NCBI GenBank assembly: GCA_038496445.1
Contig: JALMLS010000322.1
Location: forward strand, 310,001 to 374,000
Direction of reading: 5' to 3'
DNA length: 64,000 nucleotides
Source of the DNA: Trichosphaerium sp. ATCC 40318
Lineage: Eukaryota; Protista; Tubulinea
Positions 1 through 13,400 of the stretch are shown piece by piece; within the stretch, counting starts at the first letter, position 1, and every line of letters begins with the position of its first letter. The notes under the pieces were generated by a model. The model searched no databases. It had not been told where the DNA came from and saw only the letters and a program-made list of their open reading frames with translations. Both the position numbers and the translations under genes were made by a program.

Positions 1-47
1 ACGGTATTGGTATCACTTGTGATTTATTCTTAACTTTTATAAATTAG

Positions 48-2650
48 GTACCAGAGGTCTGTTTATACGTTCTTAAAAAGGATGTATCCTGATCACGCAT
101 GGAGACCATGGAGGTTTCCAGGTAACACTTTTTGTTAATACATTTCCTTACTGACAATGTTTAGATCAAACATTACAAGGGTATTTCTGGACACAGAAAA
201 ATCGGAAAAGATTCCTTAAGGATGTAAGAAATAAGTCAGTTTTGAAATAAGGCTTTTATTTAGTGTTGTATTAGGTGGCTTTAAAATATAATGTGAAAAA
301 ACCTGAAGATTGGTATGGCATTGGAGACAATGAAATACTTGCTATGGGCGGAAAATCGCTATTACAGTACGTAAAGAGTTATTTAATAATGTATGATAGT
401 AGTAATTCATTGCACAAAGGAAACATGGCCAGTCCTTGCATGAAGTTATTCGACAAACTTTTCCTTCAATTAAGTTATATCAATTCAATTTTCGTACGTC
501 AGTTATAAGAAATTTGAGTCGTCTAAATACTTTCTAGTACGATGTTTCACACCCCTTAATTATTGGGCGGATGTTTATAGAGGTATAGAATTTATGTACT
601 ACGTACGTACTACCATCAACGAAGAAGAAGATCTTTGAACAAAAAATTATTTCTTGAATAAGCAGCGCCGATTTCGATTGCTTTGCTGAAGCTTGCTTAA
701 CTTCATTGCTAGATTGAAGAACAATTAAACATTAAAAATATTGAGGATTGGTATAAATACACTTATGCTGATGTCTTTAAATATAACGGTAGTGGACTAA
801 TGTCGTGAGTAATCTTTTTTTTTGCCCATCTGTTAAGACTTTTTGAAGGCGCTTTGCGACTTCGCTACCTGACTTGCTTGCTTTCTTCTATCCTGAATTC
901 GCATGGCTCCCATGGAGGTTCTGTACGTATCACCATATCAACATTATATGTTAGCCATTAACAGCCTTTCTTCACATTTCCTGTTTGCCTAGAGAACAAG
1001 TTTTTTGAGCCATTAGGTTGTCACTAATATTTTTCAAGCTCGAGTTTCAAGGAACATGTGGGCTGATCATGATACACAAATGGCATTTAAGGATGTTGTA
1101 AGGCTACAGTATTGTTTGAAATGCTTATTTTGGTTTACAGTTAAGCAAGAAGTATGGATACAACAAGCCATCAGAATGGACTAATCTAACAACATTGCAA
1201 GTTCGTAGCTCTGGAGGAGCTGGATTTTTATCGTATGTTCTGTAGACAATGATAAACAACAACAGTTGACAGTTTTTTCCACTTGGTTTTACTGTTGGCT
1301 TTTTTGGAAAAGGCAGCTGCTCTGTTGGCAAAAATCACCTTTTTAAATACCTCAATACGTTTATGGTTTGAACTTATATTCACAAGGTACACAAAGTCGC
1401 TTAAGTGCCTTCTTGAGACTATTGTTCCCGAAATTGATTGGTCATCAAAGACTTATCCACATCATGGTATGTTTTCCGTATACTCTTCTAATTATCTATT
1501 GACAACTGCGCTTACATGCTTATCATTTAATGAAATTACTAACACTGTATTGTAGAAAAGAAACCGACGTTCTACTGGCAAGATCCTGTTACTTGTAAAG
1601 CGTTTTTGAATGGTATAAAGGACAAACTTGGTATAGTAAAAGCAGAAGATTGGTATCGTGTTTCTGTACCTCAGTTGACTTCATATGGTGGATCAGGTAT
1701 TGTAAATTACTGGCCCTTTATATTAGAAGAACTTCATCCCGAAGTTAAATGGGAATGGACGCAGTTCTCGACAGTAGAACGCCGTACACAACAAAGGTAA
1801 GAAATTTTTAGGAATTTACTTTAAGCTTTGAAGAGTTCTGTGTCACCATCTCTAACCTATTAACCTCATTCACACTATTAGGGCATTGTATATTTGTATT
1901 AAAAGTATATTCCCTGAACTACAGATACTTGAAGAGTACACCATGGGTGCTGTTGTTGGATCATCAACATCTCAAGTGACGACACTTGATATCTTCCTTC
2001 CTAAACTTAATATCGCAATTGAGTATCAAGGAGAGCATCATTATATGGACGTGTATAGTCGCTTTGGCCCAGTAGGTCTTCAACAAGCACGTGATAGCGA
2101 AAAAAGTGCCCTTTGCAATCAGAATGGTACGCAAAAAAGGTTTTTAATAACCCGTCTCATGAACATTGAGAAAACCTCCAACTGTTCTAAAAAGTAGCTT
2201 ATTTTTATATCCAACACCACAGCATTGTAATTTTGCTTGTCTCTCAAGGATCAAGCTTTTTATTACTGTGAGATTACCTGTTCTTTTTTATTTACTGTTT
2301 GAGTTCTGAGTTTTTTCTTAGGTGTTACATTGATTCAAGTGCCGTACTGGTGGAACGTAACAGATTTTGATACAATAGTTGCCACTATAAAGTATTATAG
2401 GTACACCTAAAATCAATACATTATGTAATATCGCAGTATACCTGTTTTCTGGGAGTTGTATTTCTCATTTTCTCTTCTGTTTATTAATTGTCTTCTTAGA
2501 CCAGAGCTTGAGTTGGAGGTACCTGAAGGTGCTCTACCTTTTCATTTACAAGTAGAAAACGCAAAAACTAAACCAGGGAAATCAATTACAAGTTCCTTTA
2601 TGGGTGCTTTGAACTGTATACCAAATAGAGCTAAGTTAAAAGTTGTTTAG
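48..2650 (+). CDS. Multi-exon protein, 5' end outside the window: at least 4 Trp-rich ~70-aa repeats plus a C-terminal PD-(D/E)XK (Vsr/DUF559/RAP-like) nuclease domain
   Basis: Spliced exons repeat KxxEDWY...GGxxLL...YPExxWxPWRF (KKPEDWY, KNIEDWY, NKPSEWT, VKAEDWY). The C-terminus reads LDIFLPKLNIAIEYQGEHHY...QQARDSEKSALCNQNGVTLIQVPYWW. Stop at 2650. Confidence 0.75.
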
Positions 2651-3410
2651 ACTTAGAAAAAAAAGTCTTTGAAAAATAAAAACCAATGTACATAATGTAT
2701 TTTCTTGTCTAACTTATGAATATCGCATATCCTACGAGGTAATAAATGCAAAATAATGTTACACTTCGGTACATTAATCAAGTGCTAAAAGATGCGCTTT
2801 GTTGACAACCTCATCACAGTCTAAAGGCATTACACTTTATACAAAGTGTAACGTTGACATCAATTTTGAATGTCGTGAGTACTTGAACAGACTTAGGCTT
2901 GTCCAAATGATATCAGTGACTGACGGTCCAATATCACTTCCTAGCAATGTATTCAATAACATTGAAGAACAACAGAGTCGAACTTGAAACCATGTGACTA
3001 CTGGCTGGTTCGTTTAAAGTGTACAGGAGCTTAGCATACCCGTGTTTGTAGTTGATATAGTATACTTCCACACTACCTAATTTAGGATGCAAGTATCATA
3101 GCTTCCACTACTTTGCACAATACTTGTTAACGTGTTATAAACCTGAAGATTTGATACGTTGTTTTAGTGAGTATATATCTCGTTCAAACCGCAGGTACTC
3201 CTCAAGTGATAGCGTTTACTATATTTGTTAGAATGGGTCAATGTGGCCACCAAAAAAGGTGACTGTTTAATTTTAGCAGTTTACCTTAACAAGATGTTGT
3301 ACCCTGTCATCCAGCTAACCTGCAACACCCTTTAGTTCAATTATTGTACATATTTTGGAGTTTGGATTTGAGGAAGTAGTGGAATGATACTAGACTTTTC
3401 GGCTTCAAAA

Positions 3411-3576
3411 AATTGCATGGTGCAAACGGAACAATCGTATTTTCATAATTGCATGGTGCAAAACTAATGTTAACATAAATGGAACAACATTCCATAGCAG
3501 TACGTGTGCAAAAAAAGCACATGTTGCACTCAACGAAAACGAGGAGAAATTGCTTTTCCGTGCACTTAGTGCATGT
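3411..3576 (+). promoter_or_regulatory. TGCA-rich upstream region with a 16-bp direct repeat AATTGCATGGTGCAAA
   Basis: Direct repeat at 3411 and 3447, with further TGCA sites to about 3576. It lies 150-310 bp upstream of the ATG at 3725. Confidence 0.4.
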
Positions 3577-3724
3577 AAAAATACTTGTAGAGCGTATTAC
3601 AGACCAATTAGAGGGCAGCAATTATCTGCTGATTGTAATCGGAGCATCTATGACCCGTTCACAGCCTTAATCAGTCGGAGAATTTAAAGTACTTAAGGTC
3701 TAATAATATTAAACTCTCACAACG

Positions 3725-4536
3725 ATGAACACTCTTACTCTTGCTCTCATCCTCTCTTTCGCGTGTGTATCATCAGCTGTACTTATTAGATTCGCTCATG
3801 CTTCGTATGACACACCTGCAGTTGACATTTTAGTGAACAATGTCCCAGTACGTTGACACAGCACTGTGGTAAAAAAATTAAATCGCCACTTATCCAATTC
3901 TCCAGGTATTCCAGAACCTCGAATTTAAACAAATTACGGACTACGTTGCTCTACCACCTGCTAAATATAATATCAGTGTCATCTTGAGCGGTAACCGTGT
4001 CAATGCAATCCAAGTAGAGTAAGTACTTCCTTCCTAGTTTATTCTCGAAAGTTGCATAATTAATCATCTCAACAGCAACTTTGATACCACAAATGCTCAA
4101 GTCGTCACTGTAGCTGCTGCTGGGTTAACCGCTCAAATCATCAAACCCGTTGTTCTCATGGACGACAATAGACTACCAGCATCTGTACGTTTTGATTTTG
4201 TTTTCTAGCCACAGAGAGTCGTTGTTCTATTACCTGATTTCTAACTTTCTTTTTTAGGGATACGGTGCTTTACGCTTTGCTCACTTGATTCCGGACGCAC
4301 CAGGTGTTGATATTGTCGTAGATGGGGTACTTACATTCCAGAGTATTACATATAAAACATCATCCATCTATGCACAATTAAAAGCAGGACAACACAACGT
4401 AGAAGTTCGCGTTGCTCATACCAACAATGTAGTTATTGCTGTTGTTGTCAATGTTGCACCTAAAAGTATCTACTCTGTTTTTGCTGAAGGTTTACTAAGC
4501 GAAGCTGTTTATTCTGTATTAGAAAATGATCTGTAA
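3725..4536 (+). CDS. Secreted DUF4397-type protein (tandem beta-sandwich domains), 4 exons
   Basis: Signal peptide MNTLTLALILSFACVSSA, then VLIRFAHASYDTPAVDILVN and a second copy ALRFAHLIPDAPGVDIVVDG. This matches the RxxHxxPDAPxVD motif of prokaryotic DUF4397 proteins. Three GT-AG introns. Confidence 0.8.
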
Positions 4537-4960
4537 TGAAAAAAAAAAAAAAACCAACTCACAACTTTTTGTTAAGATTGTTTCTTGGCATACAATAAAA
4601 CGTGCTTTTGTTAAGTTGTTTACAATAAGCCAAAACAGATAGTAGTCGAATGTTATGCAAGAACTTGTTCTCTCCATGTATTTTGGCATTGTTAACAACA
4701 TAATATTTACAAAGGACCATCATGGTACCATAATATACTCCCGTGTGATTTATCATTTTACGGTAATACAACTTTACTTTCAGTACTGTTTTACAAATGC
4801 CCTTTCGATTGCCATTAATATAATTACATTGCATACTCAGTTTCCCATTTTCATGCCAACATTTGTATTCTCCATGTGGAGTGCTGTAAGGAAAAGTAAA
4901 GTTGTTTTCTAATGCTTTGTTTTGTGTGTTGTAATTTCCTATGTCGCAATATCCTTGAGG

Positions 4961-7196
4961 CTACCAACTACCTCCACCGCCACCTCCTCCAGACGAACTA
5001 CCTCCTCCAAATACTCGTCCACTCGATCCACCAGTCCCTGAATGAGTTTTTATTGGCTTGATGTCTGTTGTAACTCTGTGTTCAGCAAAAGAAAAGTGTT
5101 TCTTCCTTCCATAGTAAGAATGGCTCCCACTTCTATAGTGATTATAATCATTCGCCATTTTTGTTGCTGCAGATGCTGACAGTAATCTGAAAAACTCATG
5201 TAAGGTCAAATACAACAATACTGATTGAATAAGGAACGTACTCACTAGTCCTTGCTATTTTTTGTAAAATATAATCTACTTCTTTGTCTGTTATCATGTG
5301 AGGTACCTTGGGATTTACTAGTACAACGCCTGTAGTTGGATAGTCACATACAGGACAGAGTTCTGGCATCTACAAATATTGTTAATCTAAGGCTGATAAA
5401 ACACGCATTTGCATACTTCAGGGACCTCATTGTTGAAGTAGAGAGTCCATCGTTCAATAGTAGACACCTCCTGTAATAGTGAAAATCAGTAAAAAGAACT
5501 GTAAGAAAATAAGAAGAATGGGCCTTCCGCCTTTTCAAAATTTGTTCTTCTCATGTTTACTTTGTAACATAGAGGGTGAAGTCTGTGTCCGCAAGGGAAA
5601 AGTGTTCCTGCATTTTCTTCTGTTCCTGGAGCCATGCAACCAATACATATATTTGGGTCTATTACACCTACTTCAAGCAAGTTGTCTAAGTCTTGTAGTT
5701 TTTTCTTAATTTCTCTATACTGTTGCTCCGGACTTTTCGAAAATGCAGCTACAACTCCCACCCTACAAATACTATAAACAAACACAACGTATACATGAAG
5801 TTGCGTACACTATCATAACTATGATAGTCAAGTACGCCCATATGTCGTTTTCTGAAGTTGAGATTTTCTTTTTGCCACGGAGAGCGTTATCTATATATTC
5901 AGTACCCTCAATAAGAGCTTGATCATAATCTCCTAATTATTCAATAAGATAAAAGCTCAAAGAAACCCTGAAAGCCTATAAACTTGCTAGGTGCGGACCA
6001 TTCTTTAAGTGAGGTTTTATTTCCTCAATGATGTTCCTACAATCTCTGTCCGTAAGTGTTTGTTTAATATCTCTACCAGTTGATATGAAGGCAGTCCTAT
6101 CATTTTTTGATAGGAAAAACATAACTCCAGAGTTACAGTCCTTGAACCCTAAGCCCCACAGATCATGTAAATCCGTTGCAAAGCGTTGAGCAAGCTGAAA
6201 AAACCAAATCAATGTAGTTCATCACAAACTTGCTTACCTTCTGTTTGTTTTTTTCTCCATCTTCTCCCTGCATTGCACTTACTACTGCAAGAGCTACTTG
6301 AGGGTACCTCTCGTTGATAAGTTTAATATCTGTCATTTTATTTATGATATCATCTATAGCGTTGCAGGCGCCTTGAGATAAAATATCATTTGGGTTAGAA
6401 ACCCATGACTGCATTTCGCGACTTCCATTCCTGTAAGGATCCTAAAAAGGAGTAAGCCGTTTAGCGCTTACACAGCATTACACTTACAGATATTGGATTG
6501 GGAATATCTTGAGACTTCCAGTACTCCTGAGGCGGCTCTCTATCATCTTTAGTATTTTTTTTGCCTGACTTGTTCTTTATTGAATCTTCACAAACTACAT
6601 CTGTTTCGGTTTCTACTTCATCACGTGTTTCATCACGTGATTTATCAATCCATTTCTTAGACACGTGTTCACGTTTCTCCATGAGATGTATGACATCTTG
6701 TCCAACGTTTACTGTAGAACCATTAGGTACTAATCTTTTTACATAACCAACACCATCAGACATGATATAAAACTCCCTTCCTTCTTGGTTTTTTATTGTT
6801 GCAAGTATGATACCGCTTTGAAAACAGTGTTCTCCATCCTCAAGGCAATCCTCATCATAATGAATAGTACCAACATGCTCTTCCCAGCCTAGACGAGGTA
6901 CTTGAAGTTTTTCGGCAGGTTCGGGCTTTGTACTATCGCTGTTTGCATCATTTGATGTACTATACGAGTTTGTACTGTATTTACGGGCGTAAAGGGGCAA
7001 TAAAAATAGGTTACGTGGTTTTTGTGTTAATATCGTATTTTTGGTTGTTTGACGCCACGGTACGTAAGATCGTACAGATTTGGTGGTGTTTCGGGTACAA
7101 ACTCTCGTTTTTACATGTTTTGTTCTAAAACCATAGTGTAGCAATCGCTATAACCTAATTAGAACTGTTGGAATCAAAGTTACGCACACTGGTCAT
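4961..7196 (-). CDS. Putative mitochondrion-targeted lipoyl-like + TPM (MOLO-1/YgcG-like) + TM + RING-H2 protein with Gly-rich tail
   Basis: Micro-exon MTS spliced to an R/T/S-rich leader ending ARKYST. Lipoyl-fold-like segment QVPRLG...GTI...VKRLVPNGSTVNVG. TPM motif RFATDLHDLWGLG...GVMFFLSKNDRTAFISTG...GDYDQALIEG. TM IWAYLTIIVMI. RING CIGC...CGHRLHPLC...CPVC. Tail FGGGSSSGGGGGGGSW*. Confidence 0.7.
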
Positions 7197-7807
7197 TTTA
7201 AAGTTGCGATTAAACGTTTTTAGCTGAGTTCACCTAGAAAACTCGCCGTATTTTCGGTTCTCACCCACCTCGACACATAAAATGAAATAAAATATAGCGC
7301 TATTCATTGTGTACATGCTCATACCATATTTTAGTAGTAGCACATTTCTTGCCTTGAGATTGTTCGACATGTCGTTTTTATCGATAAATCTCCATGCTCG
7401 TGACTAGCACGCCTCAACTACTCGAGATGCATTATTGTAAGTGTAACCTTTATGCGTGGAGTTCCAGAGCCTTGCGGAAAAGAGGGAATGCTGGTGTCGT
7501 GGTGTGCACGTGCTGTTCTATGGGTAGTTAAATACTTATTCCCATAATTTGCTTGTACACACAAGGCGCTACTTTTATTGTTGCTATCAATATTTGGGCG
7601 ATAGAACTTCAATGAGTTACTGATGTTTATTGGTAGTACATGGCTACTTGAGGAAATAATATCGTACTAGCAATTGTAACACAATAACAGACCAAGGTAT
7701 TAAGACGTTGGATGGTGTATAAGACGTAGTGTAACCTCAAAAATGAGCGACAGACAAAGGAATTGAAGTTGTTGGCAGTGGATACAAAACATACAGTTAT
7801 TCTTTTA

Positions 7808-9505
7808 TTATTTCTCTAAAAAGTACTTTGAAATATCATTTGGGTCGTCTGGTACATCTTCGTAATCCTCTTCCTTTTTTATACCTCTATTATCTCTATC
7901 TACTTCGTTGAGAACTGTCTTAAATATATCTCGTATAGCATCAACACGGAACTCTACACGTTCATCACACCAATCAATAATCTAGATATAGAAACATTAG
8001 CAGGCTTTTGGAATTTGTCTCGGACGCTCGCTTTAAACAAAGTCGTGACCCAGGAAACAATTTCTCCATGGAGCGCAAGTATTTTTTTGTAGTGGTTTAT
8101 CTTAAAGATGACGAGTATTAAACCAAGTTGAGAATTCTCGAACTTTTTGCCTTTTTTGTGTATGGTTTTTACTCGCGGTGAAAATCACGTGCCTTTGTTA
8201 TATTTGTTTCTAGACTAGCATCTGTATTCAAATTTAAAACTTTAACTACTTCTGGGTACCTGTAAACGTCATTCAGTACACAATTTAACCAACAGGATTT
8301 TGTGTTTTCAATTAGAATTGAATAAAAAAAAATAATGTTCGTACTGTGCTAGTGTTTCTGGTTTTTTAGGTATGGCTGGTAACACAGATCCAAAGTCAAG
8401 AAATTTTGCAACCTCAGTACCTGTCTGCTAAGTCAAAAAAAAGCTCAACACTTGAGATAAAAAGAAATATTAGGACAGGATGACATTTGACCCTTTGCTG
8501 TTTTTTTTTTTTTTCGATTTCCAACAAAAAAAGAGCACGTGCCGAATAAACCAAACTTGTATCTTGCAAGCATAATAAAATGATCTGTCGGTTTATTTGT
8601 ATTTAAATCACTAACACCATGCTAAAGTAGAAGTAAAGGTGTAAGTCAAAAAACAAGCTGAAAACCAAAAAAAAAAAAAAAGAGCATAATCAACAACAAA
8701 ATCAGAAAAAAAAATCAGTACCTCGCCTGTAAAATCGTACTGTGCCGCTAGATTCTTTACATCCTCACCCAGTACTTGTGTTTGCAATGGAAAGCGTACT
8801 CTGAAAAACTCACGAGACGCTAGAATCATTCCTTTTTTGAAAAATAGTTAATTTTGACGCTTCTGTAAAACGGTGAACGATTTAAAGGTTATCATAAGTG
8901 ATATTTTAAACGCGTTGTACCTGTTACAAGTGCATCAGCGCGAAGTCTGTTTACTTTTTCTGTCATCAGCTTTTCTATGTTTAAACATAACTGATAAGAG
9001 CCCTAAACGCGTGTTAAATGGTTTAATGCGTTATTTAACAAGTTTTATGTGACATCTGTATTCCAGCGTAGTATACGCTCATAGTTACCTCATAGGTCAA
9101 TCCAAGGATGTCATGTACTTCTTGCTCTTTTTGATGGAATTTTAGTAAACCTGCACCCTTTTGATTCGTTTTAGTGATATATTGTTATGCATGAGGGTTT
9201 TACCTTTACAGTAAGCTTTTTAACCTCTGATTCATCAAGAAAACTTGAAGCCCAGTTTTGAACCTCTTTTCTGTCCCAACCAACCACGTCTATGCGTATT
9301 AGGCTATTTACTACAATTCTGGCGAACCTTCAACAGACACAACTCGAGCGTTCAATTGCTCGAGCGTTTCCATATTATTTGTACAGAATTTAACGCAAGC
9401 AAGCCTATTGAGCTCAAATCTTCTCGTTTTTTGAATTCTAGCGTTCCTTGTCTTATGAGAGCGATAAACCGCTCTAGAGCGTCCATATGCTGTAAAGATC
9501 TGCAT
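7808..9505 (-). CDS. SAM-like domain protein with basic N-terminal (mitochondrial-type) leader, multi-exon
   Basis: MQIFTAYGRSRAVYRSHKTRNAR leader. Spliced DVVGWDRKEVQNWASSFLDESEVKKL...GAGLLKF...ILGLT resembles the SAM consensus (W...DV..W...G..LL...LG). Last exon ends ...DISKYFLEK*. Confidence 0.5.
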
Positions 9506-9721
9506 TGTGCCACTGACACCAGTACGTTTTAAGTCACAGGTTGAAAAACTTTCGATCTTTTTTGCAATTGTGGCCACCACTATCTCACGTTAGGTGCGCC
9601 ATGCTTATCATTCATTTGATAGGTTTCTTTACCTCCAAACGACAGTTTAAGTTGTTGTGATATGCAAAATGTTCACTACGCCTTAAATTGACTCTTTTGC
9701 GTATCATTTATCACCAACAGC

Positions 9722-10045
9722 ATGTCTACAAAGAAAACACTTGAAGCTTTTATCAATGCAATGCCTGGTACCTCTCCAGTGACTGGCTACGTTATCGTAG
9801 GGTCTAAGAGCGAGTGGAAAGGAAGTGCTCCAGTAAAAATAACGGTACGTGTAACGAAACTTACGTAAACTATTCTAAACGGCGTTAAATAGATTGGTGG
9901 TAATACACACGACGTTGTAGCTGAACAATACGACTACATGGTCCGCGGTATTTCATTTTCTGCAGCTGGCGTTCAAGATACTACCATACACAAAGCTGAT
10001 GGCAGTAAAGAAGAGGCATCCGTTAATGTACAGAAAGTTTGCTAA
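9722..10045 (+). CDS. Small 91-aa hypothetical protein, 2 exons (absent from the ORF track)
   Basis: ATG at 9722, phase-0 intron 9845-9892 (GTACGT...ATAG), TAA at 10043-10045. Exon lengths 123 and 153 nt keep the frame. AATAAA follows. Confidence 0.7.
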
Positions 10046-10463
10046 AAAACTCATTTTAATGCGTGTCTTACAACGTTACAATAAACCCAAGCTATTTGGT
10101 CACCTTCAATGTAAAAGTAGAGTACAAAATTAAGGTCATATCGCTTTTACCGAAATCACGTGCGTGTTAAGCGTTAACCTCTTTTTTTTCAAGCGTAAAC
10201 GTGGTTTGCACAACCTTTCGACGTTGCTTTCATGTATTATATCACATGACACTCAGATACAACTTAGCTTCGTTGACAGCACAGTAGTAGATTTCCGAGT
10301 TAGGATCACTGCCTAAGTGAGGCTTTTTGGAAATGACTAAGTAGAAAGTTGTTGTGCTTGTTTTTAATTTATTTTTTTCTTTTGTACAATAAGTGAGGGA
10401 TTCAATTGTTGTGACATGTTTGTGGGTGATAAGGGGTTGCAAGGGTTGTTTATAAGCGTTATT

Positions 10464-13400
10464 TTAAAATTCTAGATCATCATCCCAAAGAGATGATTTC
10501 TTAACTGGTGCCTTTTTCTTTTCTTGTGCAGCCCACATAAAATCGTCATCATCATCTGAATCAAAAAGAAAGCTTTTAACCTTCTTGATTGGTTTTGCCT
10601 ACAAAGAAATTAGAAATAACGTGCTCAAAGAAATGAACAAAAAACCGATAACCAAATCAGCAAATTTAGGCTTGGCTTTGGTGAGATTTTTTTCACAAAA
10701 TCACATAATTTTGTTGCCTACTAGAAAAAAAAAGGATAAATGGAGGTACCTCAATTGGTTCATCATCGTCACTATCAAAATCAAAAATTGAAACAGCTGA
10801 TTTCTTTGCTGGCTCTTGTGCTTTTGGTTCTTCTTTTTGTACCATACTCTGTGCTTTTGCTAACAAATCATCATTACTACTTGTCGCTCGCTTTATCTTT
10901 GGCTCTGGCTTTGATTCTGCCTTTGTTTCTGGCTTTGTTTCTGGCTTTGGCTCTGGATCTTTTGGTTTAGTAGGTTGAGGTGTAGGTGGAAGCGCAGAAG
11001 CACCACGTTTTGGTAAAGGACGAGAAGGAAGAGATCTTTTAACGCCTGGTCTTTTAACACCTTTTTTAGGTCCTCTCTTTCCTTTAACTGGGCTTATTGT
11101 ACGCTTCTTTGGACCAGCAGCTCGTTTAGGTGGCGTAGCGCCACGTTTTGGTAAAGCAGGTCGCTTTCTCGGTTGTGGTTTTGGTTTAGGTTGGACTTTA
11201 GAATGAATAACAACAGGTGTGTCAATTGTTTTACCCAAAACAGTAACATGTACATAATAAGTACCATGTTCTGTAGGTGTGAATTCCATATCAAAAGTAC
11301 CATCTTCATTATCATATACTTCTGCTTCTAGCTTAGTATCACCAAACATGACAAACCCCTATTTGTTGCAAACTTAGTTACCACCAGACGTTTTTCCAAA
11401 AAGAAAGTGAAAAATACTTACAGAGATGTCTTCTGCTTCACAAGGCTCCTTTGGTGTTAAAGTGACTGGATTGTAATCGTCAAGCTTAAGGGTTCCAGGT
11501 GTCATGATGTCTCCAGTGATAGTGACAAATGAATACAATCCAGGAGTCTTTGCTGATGTTTCTTTGGCGGCTGCTTCTAGTCTTTTTGTTTCTGCTTCCT
11601 CCTTCATGCGGTTTTCTTCTGCTTGTCTTGCTTCTTCAGCAACTCTCGCTTGTTCAGCTACTCTTGCTGATTCAGCTTGTTTTGCTTCCTCAGCTTGTCT
11701 TGCTCGTTCAGCTACTCTTGCTGCTTCAGCTAGTCTTGCTTCCTCAGCTACTCTCGCCTCTTCAGCTAATCTTGCTTCCTCAGCTACTCTAGCTGCTTCA
11801 GCTAGTCTTGCTTCTTCAGCTACTCTTGCTGCTTCAGCTTGTTTTGCTTCCTCAGCGAGTCTTGCTATTTCCGCTACTCGCGATTCTTCGGCTTGTCTTG
11901 CTTCTTCAGCTTGTCTTGCTTCCTCAACAAGTCTTGCGTTTTCTGCTACTCTTGCTGCTTCAGCTTGGTTTGCTTCTTCTGCTCTTTCTTGTTCATCTCT
12001 TCTTTCTGCTTCCTCTTCAGCCACACGTTCAGTTTCGGCCTGTTCAGCAGCTTCAGCCTGTTCCTTAGCGAGTTCAGCTTCTAACCATTGTCTACGAGTC
12101 TCGTCAGCAATTTTGGCCTGTTCGGCAAGTCTGGCTTGCTTTGCTTCCTTCAAGATTCTCTGCCTTTCTAGTTCATCACTAGCTTCTTTATCTACGTTGT
12201 TTTCTATCATTTGTGCGTGAGGAAGTAGGGAAGCTTCTCTTTCTTTTTGTTGAGCGTCTAGAGCTGTATCCTGGTCAAATGTGCTAGCACGAAGCCTTGA
12301 CATTGCTAGTTGATGATTTTGACGCTCCATATCCTCTTCTACACTTGCTGTACTCTGTGAAGCTGCCTTGTAAGGTTCAACATCATCGTATGTCTTTGCA
12401 GCTGCAACAGGGACAGGAGTAGATTGTGTTGATGCCTGAGTATATTAGAAGAAAAGACAGAGTGTGAATGGTCCAAAAAAACACGTGCCTGTGAATTTTT
12501 AACATCTTCTAGTGTTGTGGTTAAAGCCTTGATTGTATCGCTTTGAGAAGACATCTGAGCTTTTAAAAATTCCATCGTGCTGGCAAGTGATTTGAGTAGC
12601 TAAAAAAATAAACGTTAAAAAACGAGCTAGGGTTAATATTGTCGCACTTCATCTTGTCCTTTGAGTTTATTATTAAGTTCCTCATTGTTTGCTTTCAGCT
12701 CTTGAACTTCTATAGCGTTTGTTTTTACTAGCATTGAGTCTGTATCAAGCTGTGATCTTCAACAAGTTGGTTAACATAAAATCTCGCGAAAATTGTTTTG
12801 CACAGTAAATTAACGTACTTGATGTCCTCTAGTTCTGGTAATGAACCACCTTTAGATTCTTCTATACTTACTGAACGTATATGAGATCTTACTAGAACCT
12901 TTAATGGGGTTGCATAATTTTGTTCTACTGACTCTTGAACCCCTAAAGAAAGAGTAAGAATGAAGAAACTGACAAGTAAAAAAATCGCGAAGCTTTGTGT
13001 GTTTTTCTGAATTAGGTTACGTACAATTAATTAAAGGCTTTGTATCCTTATCAATCTGTTGTGAAAGATCATATGCTTTTTTAGATTGTTCAACAGCATT
13101 ACTGTTACTCTCCTCTAAAGCTTCACAGCTTGATTTTATCAAACTTAACTCTTTTGTAAGGTCTGCTATTTTCTCTTCTAGCACTGCCTCACGTGCAGCT
13201 GCTTCTTCATATAACTTCTTTTCAGCTTCTATCTTTGCCTGTTCAGCTGCTATTTTAGCCTTAAAGCAAACCCATCAGCAACAATACCACAATTACCCTA
13301 AGAAAAATGACGCACATTCTCTTGTTTTATCCGCTCTTGTTCTGCTTCAAGTGCTTCTTTTTCTTGTTTTAATTGCTCTTCAGACGCCAATACTTCATTC

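Noticed and set aside
11504-12220. 238-aa Ala/Ser/Leu ORF and other overlapping ORFs on the + strand
   Set aside because: Antisense shadows of the AEEARL coding repeat, which lacks stop codons on the opposite strand.
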